Source of the DNA: Balanoglossus misakiensis
Taxonomy: Eukaryota; Animalia; Hemichordata
Reading direction: 5' to 3'
NCBI GenBank assembly: GCA_040954595.2
Contig: CM082576.2
Coordinates: forward strand, 10,109,129-10,173,128
DNA: 64,000 nucleotides
Notes under the pieces: model-generated
What the model was told of the DNA's origin: nothing
Databases searched by the model: none
What the model saw: the letters and a program-made list of their open reading frames with translations, nothing else
Shown here: in pieces, positions 27,120 through 37,900 of the stretch
How positions within the stretch are numbered: the stretch's first letter is position 1
How the letters are laid out: each line of letters opens with the position of its first letter
Position numbers and translations under genes: made by a program

Positions 27120-28124
27120 ATGGGTTACGGGACTCATCGATTCGTCGCCACACCGGATCAAAATTTGCTGTGCGGAATCTGCAGCGGCGTAGTGGAGGAT
27201 GCTGTTTTGACCAGATGCGGCCACTCGTTCTGTGAAGCGTGTCTGGACACGTGGCTGGCACGGCCAAACACGGGCAACTGCCCGGTGTGCCGGGCCCTTG
27301 TCGTCAAATACCAGGTGAGCCCGGTCTGGTCCCTGCGTGCAATAGTCGGAAGCCTCAGCGTCGAGTGCAAAAATCGTGACCGGGGCTGCCAGATGATCGT
27401 CAAGCTGGAAACTTTGTCGTCGCATTTGGAGTCGTGTGGTTACACACCCGTGGACTGCATCGGTTGCGGCGCGACTCTGAACGGATTTCAGCTAGCGGCT
27501 CACCAGATCAAGTGTCCGAGAATACGTTCACTGGGATCATCATCTTCGGTCGTTACCACGGGAACCAACGTTACCACCCAAGGAGATGATAAAACGTCGG
27601 CCGGTGTCAGACTTTCCGAGTATAAAGAAATGTTTTCAAAAGTCGCTTCCCTGGAAGCTCAGCTAAAAGCGATGAAGAGAGATTTGGACACCACAAAGAG
27701 CAAAAACTCGAAGTTGGAACGAGAGCTCTGTAAAGTCAGACTAGACTTAGAGGCAAAGAGAGACGAATGTGAAGTTTTAAGAGCACAAAATCACGATCTG
27801 TATTCCGAGTACGACTACGGGTATACCCCGGAAAGTATTGCTCAGTTATCGCTGTTCATCGCCCGAAATTTATTGGACAAACCGGAATACGTCGAAAGGG
27901 ACCACATCTTCAACTGCATCAAGCGATCGTACGAGAATTTCGCGCGCTGCGGCAATGAGTACGAGCACGACGTGCACATGTTAATCGCCACGGCGTACGC
28001 CAGCGACTGGTTCAGCGAAAACCAGCGGATTAACTGCCACTGCTGGCTGCAGAGCATCGCCAGGTATCGCAAGTACGCCGATCTGCATCACGCCAGGGTC
28101 AGCAGTCGCTGTTCCCCGACATGA
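27120..28124 (+). CDS. Single-coding-exon RING-type E3 ubiquitin ligase (RNF41/RNF151/PDZRN-like RING + TRAF-type zinc fingers + coiled coil + unknown C-terminal domain)
   Basis: ATG at 27120: MGYGTHRF..LLCGICSGVVEDAVLTRCGHSFCEACLDTWL..CPVCR (C3HC4 RING), CKNRDRGC..HLESC, CIGC..HQIKC, heptad region KVASLEAQLKAMKRDL..; 334-codon uninterrupted ORF. Confidence 0.88.
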   Translation: MGYGTHRFVATPDQNLLCGICSGVVEDAVLTRCGHSFCEACLDTWLARPNTGNCPVCRALVVKYQVSPVWSLRAIVGSLSVECKNRDRGCQMIVKLETLSSHLESCGYTPVDCIGCGATLNGFQLAAHQIKCPRIRSLGSSSSVVTTGTNVTTQGDDKTSAGVRLSEYKEMFSKVASLEAQLKAMKRDLDTTKSKNSKLERELCKVRLDLEAKRDECEVLRAQNHDLYSEYDYGYTPESIAQLSLFIARNLLDKPEYVERDHIFNCIKRSYENFARCGNEYEHDVHMLIATAYASDWFSENQRINCHCWLQSIARYRKYADLHHARVSSRCSPT

Positions 28125-28154
28125 ATGTCGCGCTTCGGGAGATCGTCAGTCATC

Positions 28155-28215
28155 AATGAATGAATGAACGGGTAGATGAATGAATGAATGAATAAATAAA
28201 TAAATAAATAAATGG
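28155..28215. repeat. (ATGA)n/(AATA)n compound microsatellite
   Basis: atgaatgaatga...aataaataaataaataaataaa immediately 3' of the RING gene. Confidence 0.85.
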
Positions 28216-29554
28216 ATGGGTGGCTATAAATGTGATACTGGTACCCGCGATTGGTACTCTCAGCATGCAGGAAGATGCGTGTATCATGATCATCGCTGTA
28301 TAAAAGTCAACGTGACTAATCATTATAACATGACTTGCGATGTCAAGAAATGTTATCCAATACTCTACAGTCACAGACCAACATACCGTAGTTCCTGTGT
28401 TCCTACCTGACCCAGATTGATCAAATCTGTATTTGTGTATTTTAAAATTAATCCTCCTAAATCTACTTCTCTATAGATAATGGCGCCGAACTGTTTGATA
28501 AATTGCCTATATGCAGTATTTCAAATAAATTGGGTCGTTGACATTAATTTGGGTGTAATTTGGTGAAAGTATTATCGATAGTTTTCATTTTGAATTGTAC
28601 ACGTAACATGCATTTTTGTATCGCGGTTGTTAAATATTTATTTGGTATTTTTTATGTAAATGACATTCCCGGATGTGCTACCACTCATTTTTGTGCCAGC
28701 TGTTTTCTCTTAGAATTTGTAAATGAATAAAACATATACAATGGTGCATGTTGGTTAGCTTTTGAATCGATTCATAAAAATGCGTGATTACAATAGCTCC
28801 CAGTCATTGCGATGACTATACAGTATTGAATATGGCATTCATTTTCTGGGCCTTCCAAACTCCCGGAGAGGGGGGGGGGGGTCTTTAGAGTAGAAATTCA
28901 ATAAAGAACAAATGAATGGATGTAAGTAGCGCATAGGCCTTCAATTGGATTCCAGTCTTTGTGTGTAATTGTGTTTCATAACTCGGGCAAGGCGTGGCAG
29001 ACTGACTGACTGACTGATTGACTCTATACCTAATACCCGACACTGAATTTCACCAAATTACAATTGAAAATATATACGCTAGCGTGGTTATTACTGTGGA
29101 TGGGTTGAATTCCTTACTAAACGTGTGTCGAATTGTATGAACCGTTTGAGGTGTGGAGTGATGGGGTCGAAGTAGTAATATGCTGGAAAATTAACCAGGG
29201 TTCGGCTCCCAGGCCTCTCCCAAGAGAGATATCGTATACTAATGGAGACAGCTAGACTGGAATTGTACCGCAGGTATCACTGCGTCGACCTTGACACGGA
29301 AAACTGCCGTTCGATCACTTTGCCTTTAATGATTTGGTGACATTGCACACACGTGAACATGGTATAGCTTCAGGCTCGTAACGAGCTACTCTGGTCACAA
29401 GATTCAGTAATAACAGAACAAAACTCATTCAGCACACAAACGTTGGAAATCCCATGCCCGAGGGAGAGTGTACATGTTCTCGGAATTCTCCACCAATGAT
29501 TTATATTAAAGTGTGATTATTTCGTTGTGATTTGCGTTTGTCATGACAACAAAT

Positions 29555-29890
29555 TAAGCTCAATCACTCGGAAAGGCATCTTCGCCCGCAGAGGTCTTTA
29601 CCCTCCGAAAATTAGGGAGGCTGTAGTCGAGCTGACGACTCGTGCGATGTCGGAAAGGTAATCTGTAGAGATTCGGATCGGGTAAAAATAACCAACCTGG
29701 TCCGAAGACTTGCGGGGCAGATTTTTCCGAAATGCCCCACCGGTTTACCCGACAAAACTTGTTAAGATAATCCTTTCCACCTCCGCAGATTTTTGAATCA
29801 TATAAAGCGACAGTACGCAGACTCAAAAACTACTAAAATGTAGAAACGGCCTCAACGTTAGTAGCCTATTTCACAGTGGCAACTGAGTTA
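29555..29890 (-). ncRNA. Candidate ~335-nt highly structured RNA of unknown family
   Basis: About 12 mutually nested helices found by eye, ends pair with each other, C(UUCG)G tetraloop, non-WC pairs are G.U on the minus strand. No expression evidence; see findings. Confidence 0.5.
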
Positions 29891-31993
29891 TAATCTTTAA
29901 TAAGAAAATTTAGCGTTCCTGGGCTCGAATAGTGAAAAGAATGTCTCATATATAACAACTGCTTTTTTATGTTTGCAAGATATGTCGACTCGTGATCATT
30001 TGCCTTAAGTTCGGGTATATTTTGCCGGCCGTTTACTAATTATTTGTAGTCAATATCGTAACTATGGAATTAGCCATTATTAGGCCTTTACGTTTAATTT
30101 TGCGAATAAAACGCACATTTCGGGGAACTGCCAAAGGTTGAACATTTGCATTAATGCACTGCGTGTAATTTCAAACATCCAATATGCAAGTTATGCGCCT
30201 ATGTTTTGGAAAAATACTGTGTGACGTCACTATTAAAGGCAATTTATATCGTTTTTCGTACAGTAATTTGAATAAGCTTATGTGGCTTATTTAATTAAAT
30301 ATGCAGATTAGACGAATATTGATAACCATTACTAGATGTCTGTCAGTAAAAATCATATCTTAGTGAAGTCAGTATCTTCAGCATGTTTTCATCAAATTTG
30401 GTGCAGTAAATCAGATGCACAAAAATTCAAATGAGCAAATATGCCAAAATGATTCTCAGTTCAGCCAGATATTTGACAGACCCACGTAGGCTGCAAATCT
30501 TGAAGTAAAATATCTCACCATTTCTGTCATTATCTACAGGTCAGTAACAAATGAAATGATGCACTAAGGGTTAATAATCAAATTTATTTTTCATCACAGC
30601 TTTCTGATACACGTAAACCTTTTAAAAAGTGGGCGAAACCAAGAATTCATAAATGTATACATCTTCTGAAGTACAAACTATTATGTTTTGACAAAGTGCT
30701 GTGGTATCTGGCCCATTTAAAATGGACTTCATATAAATTAATTATTCAAAAAACACCACACAAAAAAACTACAGCGCTTACATTACAACCTTCTGTTCAA
30801 ATAATTTAAATTCATTTTAAAATAACATTCTGTTAACATTTCTCCTGATATTTCATATTTTGTGGAAGAATGGGCACCTGTATCAATTTTGCCAGACTTT
30901 CCATGAGTAAATTCATATTTCCATGACTTTCTCCGACTTTCCAGCAGTGGTATAGAATTCCAGAGCTGTTTGAAAGTGTGAACAATTATTGAATACAGCC
31001 TGGATTTCGTTTTCATAAATACAAAAATTAACATTAGGCAGTGTTCGGGTTTTCATGGGGACCTCAGTCTCTTCTGAAAATCTAAAATAAAGTTATAGTT
31101 CAATCAATGTGAACACTAGCCTCCAATTTCCAAACTGCAAAAAACTTAAAACGAATAAAATCACCTCAAATTTACATATGGCTATCAAAAACTCTTACCG
31201 GTGCACTTGTTTGTCATGTGACCATCCAGTACTAGTGAAGACCTGTGATTGGCTAGCGCTCCACTTTTCATTAATAACTGTTGCTAAATTTACATAGACA
31301 ATAATATACATGTACCTTTAAACTTCTATTTGCATAATTTTACACTTTTAACACTGAGCAACAAAACATATTGTCATCAATTAAAAAAACATGAATGTTT
31401 GCTTTTTTCTCTTGAAATAAAGCAGTAAAAAACCCTATGTGAAAATGTACTCAAACAGAAAAATTAAACCAAAAATTTCGGTGACTTTATATGACTTTCT
31501 TCTTTTGTCTCAGCAACCTGTCCCCAATGTGGGATTCTCACTTCAGTGGAATTTCATGACAACCAGAGTCTGGTTGCCAAATGTTTCTGGTAGTTGGATC
31601 TTGGCATGTACATAACACTCTTTAGCAGAATGTAAGGTTATTAATGCCCATTTTTCCGTGTTCCTCCTACCAATCTGATCAGTCACACTTCTGTATTTTT
31701 CTCACTGCACATGTACAAGCCTGGGTGCTTCTAGTGAAGGTATCCCATGGATTTTTTTTTGCATGAAACATTTTGACTGCTTGCATCATGCCACAGACTC
31801 TTGGATCTGCGATTGCATGAGTGACAAGTTTGTGGGCGAGACACACATGCAACATTTGAAAAAATCCGAGCCAGACCATGATGCCTGCAGCTGTTTGCAT
31901 TGGTAGTACGGGCCCAATGGGAAATGCCACTTCTCACACCACAGCTGTTGTGTCGATGTTGGGAATGGACTTGATTCTGCCATACTGTGATTC

Positions 31994-34900
31994 TTACTCC
32001 AGCAGCTTATCCATATCATAGTCATCTTGAAAATGATCCAATCCTGTAAAATCAAAGACATTTTTTATAACATTAAAGTGTGATTGTGCTCACATATCAT
32101 GGCTTTTCAGAGATAGAGAGATCTTCCAACAGCAATTAAAGTCAATTTGCATGGAAATCACACACCGAATATTAAAACAATGATTCCCATGATCAATGAA
32201 GTATAAAAGCCTTTAAGACGCAAAATGTGTCCCCAGTAACAACGACACACTTCCACAGTGAAGAGATGTGTCTCACCTGCATGGGCCATCAACTGCACAG
32301 CACTGACTGGCTCTTCCTCCTCCTCATAGTAATCAGCGTGCAATTCTTCCTCGTCCTCTATTACCCGTGTGTCTTCAAAGACGACTGGACCGCTCTCAAT
32401 AACCAAGTCTTCATCCTTGCCTGCCTGCTGTAATCGTGGTTCCGAATCCAGGCGAGGTCGCTTTGCTGTACTGCCCTGCACACATGTAAAAAATCACAAA
32501 AGTCAGCGTGAGTGGTTTCAGTTTATTTCAAAGTTCAACTCACCTCATCTTTCTTTTAGAGATTCTTTGAACTGTTTTATGCTGGGTTGGGGGGGGGGGG
32601 GGATTACTTCTATAGAAGAGCAATACCGGTGTATGAAGTACATTTGTATCCCCATCATAGGTTATATGTAGTAAGTTGTCACATTGATTGTTCCGATACA
32701 TTCAACATTCATCTGCAATAATTATACAATTTGTGAACAAAGATTAGAGCCAACACATCAATAAACTTCAATTCGTGAAAAGGTTACATTAATTTTTGAC
32801 CCTGTCTGCCATACTTGTGGGTCACTCAGTAAAACCTAAATTTAAAAAAAACCCCACAAAAATCCCCCTTCTTCCCGGTTCCAAGACAAGGTACATGGAA
32901 ACAAAAATCTAATGCGACGAGCAAACAGACCCTGCATGAATAGTAACCAAATTCCCATAAAAATATTCCAAATGATATCAAGACGCATTAGCAAAAACCT
33001 CACACTCTGACAGCGGCATCCTTTACAAATGTTATTGCATTCAGCTTGAAATGAAACATTCGCAAAGAATCAGCCAACACTCATAAAATCTGAATAAAAA
33101 ACACCAGACTGCCGAGTTGCGCGGACCCGCTTTGTGTCTGCATACCGATGTCATTTCAGCTGATTTAGCCCCGACAGGAAATTTCATGCAGCTACACAAT
33201 GGTAGTGGGCCATTTACGGCTCACAGACAATAACACATTTCCCGGCTCCTGACATGGAGAGCATTCCATTAATTATGCAACAATGCAGAATGCTTTTTAA
33301 GCACCCAGGGTTTTCTTTCCCTCTTTGCATCATTGATGCTCGACACAGCTGGGCATGGCAGTATCCTTCAACTGATATGTATACATGCAATACTGTGAGA
33401 CAGCCATCAAAGCATATTAAATATAATAGCTATAAGCCTTCGAAAAAAAAAATTGCCAGAATTATTGATTTTCTAAACATCAGTGCACATATCTTTCTTC
33501 TTACCTCTTCACGATAACCGGGTTTTTGTATCCGAGATCTGCTATCAATTCCAAGTCTAGCTTTGCTCCTCTGTGGAGGCAAAGGGGAAGTCAAGACAAC
33601 CGGCTGCTCAATGATGATGTCTGGGGTTGGTTGTGTTGCAGTCTCTCGTTTGGGAGTGTTGGCAACAGATCCTTCCCTGTTCAGATCTCGCAGAACATCG
33701 TAGTTGATTTTGCTGGATATCTTCTTTTCTTGCAGCATTTTTTCAATGGCTTCACCGGCAGTGTTTGCTTGGATTTGAGACTTTTTCTTGTATTTTCTTT
33801 TCTGTTTTTGGTAAAAAAAAATTATATTAATTGAGAAACATGCTGGAAAACTCTGGATAACATTTTCCTTGACTGAACCTCTCCTGCATTGTGTACTAGA
33901 CGATGGAATGATGATAATAATTTGCATAGACTGATAGAATCACTCGGTGTACTGACCTTTTTGGGTTCTGGTTTGACTATGCCCAGTTCTCTGTCCCTCT
34001 GCTCTTTTTCTTCCTTTTCTGTGACGAAAATAAATGCCAAAACAAAGACTGTATAATATTGTTCTGTGTTAGAGGTGGTACAATGCATCACACTTCAGTG
34101 ACATGACAGCTTATTGCCTGAAGGGATGGACGAAGAGATTGAGCACTATCTCTTTCACAGAAACAATAGCGTGCATGATTACAGATTCAAAGACACATTT
34201 CTTTCGCCATACGCAACTTTACTGCTAGGCCTAGGAAGCCAATACTATGGTAATATAGCTTGATAGCAATTGGACTTCCCTGCCGGTCACGTTTACCTTT
34301 TTGTATTTTTAAGTATTCAGCGTTTTCTTTTGTCCATATTTCAGTTTTGACTTTCACTTCATCTTCACTCAGAATAAACTGTAGAAAGGAATAAAACAAA
34401 AATTTCATGATCTCGTGGGTGCATCCAAGGTAAAACATTCAACATTATCAAAGTTTAATCATTACAAGATGCTCATGAATACACTTTGAATAAATCTATT
34501 TAACATCTTGCATTGGATGTGTGAGGGCGCCCTCTATATTAAATTCTTTCGTTGATGTGACCCACTACCAACGACAACACGTCCGAGTACTGAAATCAGT
34601 GTGAAATATTTCTGTGCCAACTTTTCAGGGAGAATCTACACGTACCCTTTCCAACTCGCTGTCGTCAATGCCGGTCAAATCTAACTCACCACTTTCTTCC
34701 TCAAGAGCTGTGTGCAAAGAGAAAAACACTGGTATAAGGAAGAAAGTTTTTGACAGAAAAGAAACACAGTGAAAGCATTCCTTAGCAACCAGCAGTCAAT
34801 ACAGTTCCACTCAGCTTTTTATAAAATTCCCCGGTTGCACTGTACCCATCACGACCTGCCTCGGCATACAAATCTCAATGATGTTAACTGTTATAACCCT

Positions 34901-37900
34901 CAGACATAGCTCAATCTGGTGATAATCGGCAAGAAAACTGTGTCTATGAATGAAAGTGACCCATGAGAGGTGTTTTCAGCAAGGATGATGTCACTCTGAA
35001 AACGAATTTGCAGTTCTGATAACAACCTGTACATCACCACAATTTTTTTACAGAAACTTTTTGTAACGAGACAAATTCAAACTTACGTTTGTCTTCGGGT
35101 AACATCATACACTCCTCTATAGTTTCTTTCAGCCCCAGACTGAGCGCCGACGGTCTTGGACCTGTGAAATACGGTGCCTCAAAAGTGCTATTTGGTCCCT
35201 CAAAAGTGTTATCTATCAAAAACTCTAAATCTGGGTCTTTGATTTGCTCGCCGTAATTTTGACTGTTTGACACAGTTGCGACAATGTCTACGGCGTCTCC
35301 CTGAGCAGATATCGTCTCATTGTGGTCAGTGTTGGTCCCAATATTACTGTCCAATACCGCAGAATCCGACTGTACAGTCTCTTGTAAAATTTCGCCGTCT
35401 ACAAATTTCTGTGCTTCTTGCAGTTCTTGGTCCGCGTCAGCCGCTGATTGTGAGGTGGTGTCTGCATTATCTGGAAGGGGGGAACAAATTAATTTATTGA
35501 AGGGATTTCCATGATTGTAGGATGAAGGTTTTGTCTCCATAATTATAGAAGTATCATTGAGTTCACCCTGAGCAAAATATGTAGTGATGGTAAGGCAAAA
35601 AGCGGTGGTGTTAAATTTATTATTTCACTTACCTTTTGTTCCCTTTTTACAGAGTTCTTTTTCAATTTCCGCTTGCACACATGAAACTTCGTCTTCAAGG
35701 TCAGGAAGTTTGTTCATTTCTTCCAACTTAAGTGCGAGGAGAACAAGAAAGAAGAGAAAAGCTTTCTGTAATTTTTGGCAGCATCTACTTTGGCAATGCT
35801 ATGTGCATAGGCGTAGACAACAGTACATTGTATAAATTCTGCAAGGGTTCATAACCAGCTGTAAATACACTCACCTGTGCCAGCTTTGCTCTTCTCCTGG
35901 ACTGTGTAAATGATGGAGGATCTTGTTCTTCTTCCAAGTCGATCTTCTGGAATTCATCGATGGTCAGTTGGCTGGATGGCGTTTCTTCGAATTCTGTCAG
36001 TCTGCATGGGACATGAGAAGCAAATCAACATGTTTTAATGGTAGTACATCTTCAGACTGTTCGTAAACTGAAGACAAACACTGAAATTGGCTCAAATTAA
36101 ATAATTATGCCTTTGCTTTGAGAAGACTTTTAACTTTTGATACTGTTTATTGAATCAATCTCCATGATACTCAAAATATTGTAGATTCCACTATGCAAGC
36201 AACATAAAGCCCACATAAATTCAGCGTGCTGTTAATGGTAATACCGGTATCTCTTTTGTCACACAATACCTTTTTCTCAGTGTTGCATCACAGACTTTGA
36301 CAACTCTAATGATCTCTTTTTGTGTCCTGTTGAAATCGTGGAGGCGTGCTGCAACAAGTAAAGCTGAAAAAAATACAAAATATGTTGAAAGACCATAAAT
36401 TAGGTTCATTTTATTCACTACTCAAAATAGACAATAAGTCATTGTCGGGGTGCCATAATTTTAAAGTGTTTGTCACAACTGTACTTACCCGCGCCACACA
36501 ACCCCGAAGGTCTTCTTCCCATGTGCATCCAATCTCTCTTCATTCTTGATACGAGTCGCAAAGCTGTCATCGACACCTCGTGTGTTTTCTCACTAAACTC
36601 TAACTTGTGCGCAAAACGTGCAATATACAGGCATGGGTCTGAAAAGGGAAAAGGGAAGCTATATTTATGGATTCTGAAAATATCAGAACACAGAATGTTT
36701 GCAGAAGTTAGTTGTACAGAGAAAAATAAATTTAATGTATCATCGGAAAAAAAACAAGAACTTTATTTCAGATACACCAAGAGATTTTGCAGAAGTTTTA
36801 CGAAGAAAAATAACGGATTATCATGGGGAAAAAAAAAACGCTTATCTGATAAATTGGATCGGATGGGACACTACACATGATTCCTGATTTTCTATTGTCA
36901 GTTTCACCCTTCAACTTCATATTAAACTATTATGCATATCATGCATATTTATTGGAGATTCCGCTATCCCTGCCCCATAGCATTGTGGGTAAACGAATAA
37001 ATTAAACATGGAGACCTGGTATTGTGATTGTTTCTGTTGATCAACTCTAGGTCTCAGTCGTGAAATAACAGTAGCCGCTCCCACTTTTTTACGTTTTGAA
37101 TAACAGACACACAAACTTCCCGGGTGCATAAACTTATCTGTTAAACTCACTTCGCGGAGAAGGGTACAGATTTACGTTACGACGGTCGTGTAAGTTGCAG
37201 CCTTCGTTGTTCGCGGTAAAATATCGACTCAACAGGCAGCGAAGCGAAGGCGAGCACTAATCTGTCGGCTACGACTGTCTGCTCAGCAGTGTAATGTTCA
37301 TGTATTCATTGGAAACACGGCTTCATTAGGGCATTATCGGCAACCATGGAGTTGGGTCTTGATAAGCATTTCAAACAAGTAGTTTTACCAAACAATGAAA
37401 AGCTCGTTCGCAGCATGATGGACGATTCCCAGATAACACCACCGGCGACCGTGCGGGAGAACTGGCAGGCAAACAAGGCAACTGTCCGCGAGCGAAACGC
37501 CTACATGTTTCAAAACGAGCTTATGTGCGATATATATTTCCTCGTCGGGTCGAAGAACTGCGCCCAGAGAGTTCCAGCACACAAGTACGTGCTGGCAACG
37601 GGCAGCTCGGTCTTCTACGCCATGTTCTATGGCGACCTGGCCGAGAATCGGTCAGAGATCGAGTTACCGGACGTTGAACCACAGGCATTCACCACTTTGC
37701 TGAAGTAAGTGTTGCAACCATTCACGGAAGGCATCTCTGAACTTTCCACAAGTACAGTCCATTCTGAATTGAATTATTCTCATCCTATGACATGACATGT
37801 AAACAGAGACCCTAGAGTCTATGATGGAAAGCACTGCCTGATGAAACTCATACTCCATCATCAAAATTGTTTTGTATTTGAGGTGCATGCTTTCTTTTTT

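Noticed and set aside
26970-27425. 151-aa antisense ORF over the RING gene, and similar antisense ORFs over BTBD6, ZFYVE1 and FABP
   Set aside because: Shadow ORFs of GC-rich coding sequence with no recognisable motifs.
29625-29670. Hammerhead-like CTGACGA...GAAA on the plus strand
   Set aside because: Stem II pairs poorly and there is no stem III with an NUH cleavage triplet; G.U bias favours the opposite strand.
29590-29790. Group I intron, RNase P/MRP or SRP identity for the structured segment
   Set aside because: GACUA has no UAGUC P7 partner; no P4 CR-I/CR-V pairing; SRP-like words are short and out of order.
29555-29890. Structured segment as telomerase RNA (CR4/5-like three-way junction)
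   Set aside because: Only a 6-nt CCCUAA inside a 3' hairpin; no 1.5-repeat template, no recognisable template-pseudoknot domain, and the P6.1-like loop is UUCG rather than the conserved 5-nt loop.
33140-33195. SECIS-like AUGA...GA on the minus strand
   Set aside because: Core geometry is off by one base, it is intronic, and no in-frame UGA selenoprotein ORF is evident nearby.
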